Shown here piece by piece: positions 56,948-64,000 of a stretch of 64,000 nt of DNA. The stretch comes from an uncultured bacterium (GTDB lineage: Bacteria > Patescibacteriota > Minisyncoccia > UBA6257 > GWB1-50-10), in assembly GCA_963768835.1 (NCBI GenBank), contig CAVYJB010000002.1, forward strand, positions 362,466-426,465, given 5' to 3'. Both the position numbers and the translations under genes were made by a program. Positions within the stretch are counted from its first letter, which is position 1. Every line of letters starts with the position of its first letter. A model generated the notes under the pieces. That model had not been told where the DNA came from and ran no database searches. It saw nothing but the letters and a program-made list of their open reading frames with translations.

Positions 56948-58023
56948 CCATCCTTCTTGTCGTCATCTTCCTTTCCCTTATCGTACTTCTCCACGAGTTT
57001 GGACACTTCCTCGTGGCGAAACTCTGCGGCATCCGTGTGGACGAATTCGGCTTTGGGTTCCCGCCGCGCATTTGGGGCCGGACGGTGGGGGAGACAACCT
57101 ATAGCTTGAACGCGTTGCCCTTTGGAGGCTTTGTGCGTATTCATGGTCTGGAACCGGGGGAAGAAGGCGACACCGCCAACGCTGCGCCCGACGAGGCCGC
57201 ACGGAGCTTCGAGCACCGACCGACGTGGCAACGGGGAGCGAGTCTCCTTGCGGGCGTTGCGATGAACATCATTCTCGGGTGGCTCGTGCTTGTCGTTGTT
57301 TACACGGTCGGGAGCCCTTCCCACCTCATGCTCTCCGATATCTCTGCGGGGTCCCCCGCGGAGCGCGCGGGGCTCCGCGCCGGAGACGTGGTGCTTCAAG
57401 CGCGGTTCGGGCGGACGGAGCTCTCGGATCCTATCTCGAGCCATTCCTTCTCAGATTTTGTGAAAACGTCGGCGGGCGAGACCCTGGTCCTCACGGTGGA
57501 GCGGGGGAGCCATACTTCTGATATCGCGATCGTAGGCCGTACGAATCCGCCGGAAGGGCAAGGTCCATTGGGAGTCGCCCTTGCCGATGCCGGTTATCCC
57601 GCGGAATCGCTGTGGCAAAGTCTTGGCACCGCGACGGTCATTACAGGGCAGACACTCTGGTTCGTCATACAGGGTTTCTGGCAGCTCATCGCGGGCCTCT
57701 TTGTTGCCCCCGTCACGACTCTTCAGCAGGTCGCAGGGCCTGTCGGTATTTTCTCTCTTGCAGCGCAAGTCGGCGCGTTCGGCATCGTTCCGCTTCTTCA
57801 GCTCATGGCGTTCTTGAGCTTGAACGTTGCAATCCTGAATCTGGTACCGTTCCCGGCTCTGGATGGCGGACGCTTCCTTCTGCTTCTCATTGAACGGTTC
57901 TGGCGACCCGTGCCCGAACGATGGCAGGCCTACCTGAACCGCGCGGGCTTCGCGCTCCTCATCGCCCTTATGATACTTGTCACACTGCAAGATGTTGGTA
58001 AGATTGTTAGTGGTTCGGTCTAA
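56944..58023 (+). CDS. rseP: RseP-like M50 intramembrane metalloprotease
   Basis: HEFGH, GFPP, PFGGFV, PDZ domain, NLVPFPALDGGR. Confidence 0.93.
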   Translation: MTILLVVIFLSLIVLLHEFGHFLVAKLCGIRVDEFGFGFPPRIWGRTVGETTYSLNALPFGGFVRIHGLEPGEEGDTANAAPDEAARSFEHRPTWQRGASLLAGVAMNIILGWLVLVVVYTVGSPSHLMLSDISAGSPAERAGLRAGDVVLQARFGRTELSDPISSHSFSDFVKTSAGETLVLTVERGSHTSDIAIVGRTNPPEGQGPLGVALADAGYPAESLWQSLGTATVITGQTLWFVIQGFWQLIAGLFVAPVTTLQQVAGPVGIFSLAAQVGAFGIVPLLQLMAFLSLNVAILNLVPFPALDGGRFLLLLIERFWRPVPERWQAYLNRAGFALLIALMILVTLQDVGKIVSGSV

Positions 58024-58032
58024 TCCTCTCAC

Positions 58033-59283
58033 ATGCGACAATCAGAACTTTTCACGAAGACGGAACGGAACGTTCCCAAAGATGAGACGACGTTGAACGC
58101 GCAGCTTCTCGTGCGCGCGGGGTTTGTGGACAAACTTATGGCGGGCGTCTACAGCTATTTACCACTTGGTCTCCGGGTTCTCCGGAACATCGAAAGTGTC
58201 GTGCGAGAAGAGATGGATGCGATCGGGGGCCAGGAAATTCTTATGCCTGTGCTCCATCCGAAGGGTATATGGCAGACGACGGGCGGATGGAACGCGATCG
58301 ACGTGCTCTTCAAGATCAAGAGCCGGACTGGGAAAGAATATGCCCTCGGACAAAGCGAAGAGGAGGTGGTGACACCCCTCGTTTTACGGCGCATCCAGAC
58401 ATATCGCGACCTGCCGCTCGCAGTCTATCAAATCCACTGGAAGTACCGCGACGAACTTCGTTCTAAGTCCGGCCTTCTCCGGGGCGTCGAGTTTTTTATG
58501 AAGGATATGTATAGTTTCCACGAGACTCAGGAGGATTTCGAGCGATTTTACACTATTGCCAAGAAGGCTTATTTTCGGGTCTTTGAGCGGTTGGGCCTCG
58601 TCGCCAAAGCCACCGAGGCTTCCGGGGGAACCTTCAGCCAAAAAATCTCTTATGAATTTATGGTGCTTACCGACGCGGGGGAGGATGATATTCTCTATTG
58701 CGACAAGTGCGAATTCTGTGTGAATGTAGTCATTGCGAAACAAAAGACGGGAGAGCGGTGCCCTGCGTGCGGGAAGGGTACGCTCACGAAAGCAACCGCC
58801 TCCGAGGTCGGGAATGTGTTCGATCTCGGACGGAAGTATGGGGAAGATTTTAAGTTATCCTTCCAGGGTCGGGATGGGAAGCCGGAGCACCCCGTGATGG
58901 GTTGCTATGGCATCGGCATCTCGCGCCTGATGGGGGTCATTGTCGAGAAGTTCCACGACAAGAAGGGGATCGTGTGGCCCGAAAGCGTGGCTCCGGCGAA
59001 GGTCCACCTCCTGCGGTTGGGGGACGGTCCCGAATTGAAAGCGGCAGCAGAGGGGGTGTATACTGCCCTCACGAAGGAAGGCGCTGCAGTGCTCTACGAT
59101 GACCGCGAAGGGGTTTCGCCCGGCGAAAAGTTCGCAGATGCGGATCTCATCGGAATCCCATGGCGGGTCGTGGTGAGCGAAAAGACCCTTCAGGAGAAGC
59201 GGATCGAGGTGAAGCGGCGGGATTCGGAAAAGCCCGAGCTTATGGATCTTAAAGAGTTTTTGAAGAAGCTTGATGTGAAGTGA
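58033..59283 (+). CDS. proS: Proline--tRNA ligase (no editing insertion)
   Basis: LLVRAGF, EE.VT, K.RDE.R...GLLR..EF.MKD.YSF, MGCYGIG.SR, KFADADLIGIP. Confidence 0.95.
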   Translation: MRQSELFTKTERNVPKDETTLNAQLLVRAGFVDKLMAGVYSYLPLGLRVLRNIESVVREEMDAIGGQEILMPVLHPKGIWQTTGGWNAIDVLFKIKSRTGKEYALGQSEEEVVTPLVLRRIQTYRDLPLAVYQIHWKYRDELRSKSGLLRGVEFFMKDMYSFHETQEDFERFYTIAKKAYFRVFERLGLVAKATEASGGTFSQKISYEFMVLTDAGEDDILYCDKCEFCVNVVIAKQKTGERCPACGKGTLTKATASEVGNVFDLGRKYGEDFKLSFQGRDGKPEHPVMGCYGIGISRLMGVIVEKFHDKKGIVWPESVAPAKVHLLRLGDGPELKAAAEGVYTALTKEGAAVLYDDREGVSPGEKFADADLIGIPWRVVVSEKTLQEKRIEVKRRDSEKPELMDLKEFLKKLDVK

Positions 59284-59293
59284 CCATCAACCC

Positions 59294-60325
59294 ATGATTG
59301 TAAGAAAGAACATCGGCATTGACCTCGGAACAGACACCACCCAGATTTACCTCAAAGGATCGGGGATCGTGGTGAATGAACCCTCGATCGTGGCGTTCAA
59401 CAACCGGACGAACCGCGTTGTCGCTGTCGGTTCGGAAGCAAAGAAGATGCTCTCGCGCACCCCTTCGCACGTGACCGCGCTTAGGCCCATGAGCCATGGA
59501 GTCATCGCCGATTTCGATATGGTAAAAGAGATGCTCGGTCGGTTTATGCGGGATGATCGTATGCCCTGGTCGTGGTCAACCCAAACCATCGTTAGCGTGC
59601 CTACAAATCTCACCGAGGTTGAGCGGAAGTCTGTAGAGGATTTGATGCGCGAGCTCGGCTCCACTCCCGTTTATCTTATCGAGCAGCCGCTTGCGGCCGC
59701 CGTGGGAAGCCGCCTCGACATCCAACTGCCGACCGCTTACCTTATTGTCGACATTGGAGCGGGGACTACTGATGCCGCTATCATATCTTTGAACGGTATC
59801 GTGGTGTCGAAGCGTCTGAAGATTGCGGGGGATTATTTGAACAATGAGATTATCCGAGGCGTCCGGGAGGAACTGAAGCTCCACATTGGAGAGCCCACCG
59901 CCGAGGAGATCAAGCTGGGCGTGGGTTCTGCGGTCCCGACCGGGGAGCGTCTTGAAATCGTTGTTCGGGGTCGTGATGTGGCGAACGGGCTCCCGCGTGA
60001 AGTTGTTATCAAAGACACCCAGGTGCGTTTCTGGCTCGTGAAGCCCCTGAAGCTCATGATCGATGCCATTAAAGATCTCATAGAAGGAGCTCCCGCAGAA
60101 CTTGTAGGCGACATCTACAAGAATGGGATGTACCTCTGCGGTGGCGGGAGCCTGCTTCGGGGTATCGACCTTCTGATGGAGAAAGAGATTGGCGTCTCGG
60201 TGCATGTTGTCGAAGAGCCTCTCGTGTGCGTCGCCCGCGGTACGGGGCTCGTTTGCGAGCGTGTAGACGCGTACCGGAATCTACTTAATAATTTCTCGAG
60301 CCTCAAGATGGGAGGTACGCCCTAG
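59294..60325 (+). CDS. mreB: Rod shape-determining actin-like protein, paralog 2
   Basis: IGIDLGT, NEPS.VA, GVIADF, DIGAGTT, TAEEIK, GGGSLL.G; precedes mreC. Confidence 0.9.
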   Translation: MIVRKNIGIDLGTDTTQIYLKGSGIVVNEPSIVAFNNRTNRVVAVGSEAKKMLSRTPSHVTALRPMSHGVIADFDMVKEMLGRFMRDDRMPWSWSTQTIVSVPTNLTEVERKSVEDLMRELGSTPVYLIEQPLAAAVGSRLDIQLPTAYLIVDIGAGTTDAAIISLNGIVVSKRLKIAGDYLNNEIIRGVREELKLHIGEPTAEEIKLGVGSAVPTGERLEIVVRGRDVANGLPREVVIKDTQVRFWLVKPLKLMIDAIKDLIEGAPAELVGDIYKNGMYLCGGGSLLRGIDLLMEKEIGVSVHVVEEPLVCVARGTGLVCERVDAYRNLLNNFSSLKMGGTP

Positions 60326-60354
60326 CATCTCCCGTCGAAATCTTCTCAATCGTC

Positions 60355-61050
60355 ATGAAATCACTGCGCCTCATTCTCGGGAGTGCTTTTTTCCTTGTAG
60401 CTGCCGCGGCAGTGTTCTTCTTTCGAGGCGATCTTGGGGTCGGCATCCACAATGTACGAGTTGCTGCGGAAGGGATCTTCAGTGCCCCCGTTTCCGATCA
60501 GTCGCTCCATGATCTCGAACTCCAGAACCGGGGGTTGGAAGCCGAGCTGGAACGCGTGCGGAGCGAGTATGCTTCTACATCTTTACCTGGGACACTTACC
60601 GTGCGCGTTTTCTCACGCTACCCCTTGAGCGATCGAGGACTCCTGACAATCGACCAGGGGAGCGCGAACGGTCTTAGGGTTGGTATGCCGGTCCTCGCCA
60701 CGGAGGGCATCCTCCTCGGTAAGATCCAGAGCGTGACACGTCTCCAGAGTGAAGTTGTGACCATCTTTGACCCGTCCTGGCGGAGCGGAGTCGTGGTGGG
60801 CGCAGCAAGAACTAAGGCGGTACTTACCGGCGGCGCGACGCCGCAACTTAATCTCCTTCCCAAAGATGCCCCGGTGGCGGTGGGAGACATGGTGCAGAGC
60901 ATTGCTCCAGATTTTCCCTTGGACCTCCTCGTGGGTTCCGTTTCGGATGTAGAATCCGCGGTCCAGGATCCTTGGCGTACCGGGTCAGTCGAGGTTTCCT
61001 ACGATCCTGAGAATCTCAATAGTGTTGTTGTTCTTACTACCTACCCATGA
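60355..61050 (+). CDS. mreC: Rod shape-determining protein MreC
   Basis: TM, coiled coil, ID.GS..G...GMPV....LLG.I, GD.V, FP..L.VG.V. Confidence 0.88.
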   Translation: MKSLRLILGSAFFLVAAAAVFFFRGDLGVGIHNVRVAAEGIFSAPVSDQSLHDLELQNRGLEAELERVRSEYASTSLPGTLTVRVFSRYPLSDRGLLTIDQGSANGLRVGMPVLATEGILLGKIQSVTRLQSEVVTIFDPSWRSGVVVGAARTKAVLTGGATPQLNLLPKDAPVAVGDMVQSIAPDFPLDLLVGSVSDVESAVQDPWRTGSVEVSYDPENLNSVVVLTTYP

Positions 61051-61529
61051 GTACGCCTAACTTTTTCCCTCGGATTTTTGCCTTTCTCTTTCTCGTCACA
61101 GTCGCCCTGCTTCTCTCCACAAGCCATCTCTTCACGGTGGTTCGGATAGCGCCGGACTACGTACTTATCGTCCTTATCCTCGCGGCGTTTGCGGGTTTCC
61201 CACTGCTTGCCTTTGCGGGGCTTGCAGCCGTTGTAGTTGCTCTTGCCTATACATGGATGCCTTTCTGGCTTTGGGGTTGGATTCCAGCGGTGGCTCTCAT
61301 GGTTGTTGTCCGTCTTATCCGATATCGATTCACCGGCAATCGCATGGTGGACTATCTGGGGGCGGTGGCCCTAGGGACGGTCCTCGTATATACACTAAGT
61401 TCCTTACGATTTTTATCCTTTCATCTTCTTGTGACTATCGGGGTGGGGGTACTCTTGAACGTCGCACTCGCCGCTGCGGTCTGGGTAGCTCTCGAACGCC
61501 TACATCCCTATGAAGCGATCCGATCTTGA
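61047..61529 (+). CDS. mreD: MreD-like membrane protein
   Basis: About five TM segments, PD..L motif, between mreC and the PBP2 gene. Confidence 0.6.
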   Translation: MSTPNFFPRIFAFLFLVTVALLLSTSHLFTVVRIAPDYVLIVLILAAFAGFPLLAFAGLAAVVVALAYTWMPFWLWGWIPAVALMVVVRLIRYRFTGNRMVDYLGAVALGTVLVYTLSSLRFLSFHLLVTIGVGVLLNVALAAAVWVALERLHPYEAIRS

Positions 61530-63393
61530 TCTTGAAGATATCCTGACCGATAGCGTGCGGGAGGACGACCTCTTAGAGGTTCCGCTCGCAGGCCGAGCTT
61601 TTCGTGTCTTCTTGTGGCTGTCCTTCGCAGTTCTTGCGATTGTCGGAGCTCAGCTTGTGAACCTCGGTGTTTTGAATCACGCATGGTATGCGCAGCGCGC
61701 GGCGGCGAATATCACGGAAACCCAGATCCAGGTCGCACCCCGAGGCGCCATCGAGGATCGGTTCGGAGCGTCCCTCGTTCGGAATGTTCCATCGGTAAAT
61801 GTGTTCCTGGTTCCCAAAGACCTTCCGCGTACTGCGCCGGAACGTCTCGCGGTTCTCTCGAGCGCCGTCCAGGCTCTCAAGCTCGACCTCTCGGTCCTCT
61901 CTGCGGAGATTCAAGCCACGGACTGGAGGGTGCAGGACCGCTTGCTCCTTGCGACGGACGTCCCGCAGGACGAGCTCGTGGATCTTTCTTCTCTCAATCT
62001 GCCTGGTATTCAGATCGAGTCGGCATTCAAGCGGGCGCATGAGGTGCCACTCGCCTTTGCTCAAGTCCTCGGATATGCAGGGCTTGTGAACGCGAACGAT
62101 CTCAAGGTGGATCCAAGTCTTGTCCCGGATGACGAGGTCGGGCGCGCGGGTCTCGAGGCCTACTACGATCAGTATCTTCGTGGAACGAATGGACAGGCAG
62201 TTGCCGTGCACAATGCGATGGGTCAGGTGGAGGAGCAACGTGCGGCGTCTCCTTCGGTGCCCGGCGCTACGGTCAAAACATTCATCGACAAAGATTTCCA
62301 GACCTACCTTTACAACCGTCTTCAGCAGGCCCTGACCGAGCTCGGTCGCACCGTGGGCGCCGCGGTTGCAATCGATCCGCGCAACGGCGAGGTCTTAGCG
62401 CTTGTCGGCATCCCAAGCTTTCAAACTGACCAGATCGCAGAATCGCTTACAAACCCCGCCCAACCATTCTTCAACCGCATAGTTTCAGGTCTCTATAATC
62501 CTGGGTCCACCATTAAACCGCTCGTAGCCGTGGGAGCTCTCACGGATGGGGTTATCACGCCCACGAAGCAGATTTTTTCACCGGGTTACATTGATGTGCC
62601 GAATCCTTACGACCCCGCGAACCCCACCCGTTTCGTGGAGGTGCATCCAGCCGGATGGGTCGATGTCTACTCCGCCCTCGCGAAGTCGTCGAATGTGTAT
62701 TTCTATGAGGTTGGTGGCGGCTTCGGAGACCAGCAGGGCCTCGGTATCACCAGGCTCAAGCAGTGGTGGCAGACATTTGGCCTTGACCAAAAGACCGGTA
62801 TTGATCTTCTGGGGGAACAGTCGGGTTTTCTCCCAGACCCCGCATGGAAACTAGCGCACACGGGCCAGCCATGGCACATTGGAGATACCTATAACGTTTC
62901 AATCGGCCAGGGCGACCTTTCGATTACACCCCTTGAACTCATCAGCTATGTGAGTACGATCGCGACAGGCGGGAAGGCTTACGTACCGCGCATTATGGAA
63001 TCCATCGTCAGCGCCGGCGGAACAACGCTTACCGAGAGCCACCCCACGATTCTTCGGGATATCACGCCAGAAATAGGCTCAGAGGTTGCAAACGCGCAAC
63101 AGGGTATGCGGGATGTGGTCGCGCAGCCGTATGGACTGGCGCATTCCCTGAGTGATCTACCGTTCGCGGTTGCGGCGAAGACCGGAACGGCACAGGTGAA
63201 CTTGAACGAGAACACAAACGCTTTCTTTGTGGGATACGCTCCTTACGACAATCCGCAGATCGCGCTCCTTATTCTTATCGAGAACTCCAAGGAGGGGAGT
63301 CTGAACACTATCCCGGTGGCGAAGGATGCACTCCTGTGGTACTATGAACACCGTATCCAGCAGTCACCGAACACCACTTCTACGCAATCATGA
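61510..63393 (+). CDS. mrdA: Penicillin-binding protein 2
   Basis: APRG.I.DR.G, GR.GLE..YD..L.G, PGSTIKP (SxxK), SSN, KTGTAQ. Confidence 0.93.
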   Translation: MKRSDLDLEDILTDSVREDDLLEVPLAGRAFRVFLWLSFAVLAIVGAQLVNLGVLNHAWYAQRAAANITETQIQVAPRGAIEDRFGASLVRNVPSVNVFLVPKDLPRTAPERLAVLSSAVQALKLDLSVLSAEIQATDWRVQDRLLLATDVPQDELVDLSSLNLPGIQIESAFKRAHEVPLAFAQVLGYAGLVNANDLKVDPSLVPDDEVGRAGLEAYYDQYLRGTNGQAVAVHNAMGQVEEQRAASPSVPGATVKTFIDKDFQTYLYNRLQQALTELGRTVGAAVAIDPRNGEVLALVGIPSFQTDQIAESLTNPAQPFFNRIVSGLYNPGSTIKPLVAVGALTDGVITPTKQIFSPGYIDVPNPYDPANPTRFVEVHPAGWVDVYSALAKSSNVYFYEVGGGFGDQQGLGITRLKQWWQTFGLDQKTGIDLLGEQSGFLPDPAWKLAHTGQPWHIGDTYNVSIGQGDLSITPLELISYVSTIATGGKAYVPRIMESIVSAGGTTLTESHPTILRDITPEIGSEVANAQQGMRDVVAQPYGLAHSLSDLPFAVAAKTGTAQVNLNENTNAFFVGYAPYDNPQIALLILIENSKEGSLNTIPVAKDALLWYYEHRIQQSPNTTSTQS

Positions 63394-63848
63394 GCACGAC
63401 CTACCTATCCCCTGAACGCCACGAGGAGCTTACTAAAGAGCTTGAGGAGCTTCGGACCAAGGGTCGCCGCGAGGTCGCCGACCGCCTGAAGCATGCCAAG
63501 GACCTCGGGGATCTTTCCGAGAATTTCGAGTACCAAGAAGCACGTGAGGAACAATCGCGGCTTGAACAGCGCATTAGCCAGATTGAGGAGGTGCTCCGGG
63601 GTTCTGTACTTATTCACAAGACTGCGGGGTCGGCCAGCGTCCGTATTGGGTCCAAGGTGAAAGTTCGGCGCGGGAAGGAGATTCTTTCCTTCAGCATCGT
63701 GGGGTCCCATGAAGCAAAGCCCGGCGAGGGCCTTATTTCGAACGAGTCGCCTCTCGGCCGCGGGCTCCTAGGGAAAAAAATCGGAGATGCTGCTGACGTG
63801 AGAACGCCTAAAGGGAGCGTGGTGTACGAAGTACTCGAGATCGAGTAG
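63390..63848 (+). CDS. greA: Transcription elongation factor GreA
   Basis: GDLSEN.EY..AR, IS.ESPLG..L.G. Confidence 0.96.
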   Translation: MSTTYLSPERHEELTKELEELRTKGRREVADRLKHAKDLGDLSENFEYQEAREEQSRLEQRISQIEEVLRGSVLIHKTAGSASVRIGSKVKVRRGKEILSFSIVGSHEAKPGEGLISNESPLGRGLLGKKIGDAADVRTPKGSVVYEVLEIE

Positions 63849-63853
63849 GCACC

Positions 63854-64000
63854 GTGTTGGACGATATCCAAAGGGAACGGAGGAAGAAGCTAGAGCGCTA
63901 CCGCGAGGTAGCGAATCCTTATCCTGCGGAGACGAAACGGAGCGCGACCCTTGGAAAGGTTGCGGAGGCCTTTGCATCACACGAGAAGGCGGGCAAGCTG
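63854..64000 (+). CDS. lysS: Lysine--tRNA ligase, 5' end (partial)
   Basis: MLDDIQRERRKKLERYREVANPYP (R..KL......PYP); greA-lysS synteny. Confidence 0.75.
   Translation, partial: MLDDIQRERRKKLERYREVANPYPAETKRSATLGKVAEAFASHEKAGKL

Noticed and set aside
1-64000. CRISPR array, integron attC array, IS element, or LexA boxes before the uvr genes
   Set aside because: No regularly spaced repeats, no consistent attC-type ends, no transposase or integrase, and no shared palindrome upstream of uvrA, uvrB and uvrC by eye.

Overview
Chromosomal segment (about 55-60% GC, standard code, TGA used as stop) that reads as a Patescibacteria/CPR genome, probably Parcubacteria. This is inferred from gene content: short uL13, RpoA without its C-terminal domain, two MreB paralogs, an FtsA-like plus baseplate-J-like gene pair, a Sigma70_r4/HARE-HTH protein, a VirD4-like ATPase and Cys-rich repeat proteins. 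The right part (37-64 kb) is mostly housekeeping: secDF, a VirD4-like locus, infA-rpmJ-rpsMKD-rpoA-rplQ-rplM-rpsI, mreB-holB-frr-rseP-proS-mreB-mreC-mreD-mrdA-greA-lysS. The left part (1-37 kb) mixes surface glycoside hydrolases and adhesins, pyrF-pyrE, an ECF sigma pair and uvrB/uvrA/uvrC with many self-contained one-gene cassettes. The main observation is a split in expression signals. Core genes are leaderless or lack a Shine-Dalgarno (SD) site. About 17 accessory genes have an SD, and most of these also have their own sigma70 promoter, a G-poor C/A-rich leader and a terminator. Two of these cassettes encode proteins expected to work only in a diderm cell: a type IX secretion cargo protein and an OmpA-like/coiled-coil/8-strand beta-barrel protein. 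Two insertions are followed by a diverged orphan copy of the upstream gene's 3' end. uvrA and uvrB carry many frameshifts, and three other genes carry one each, so long-read consensus error is likely. No rRNA, complete tRNA, CRISPR array, integrase or transposase was seen. All calls are by eye; no searches were run.
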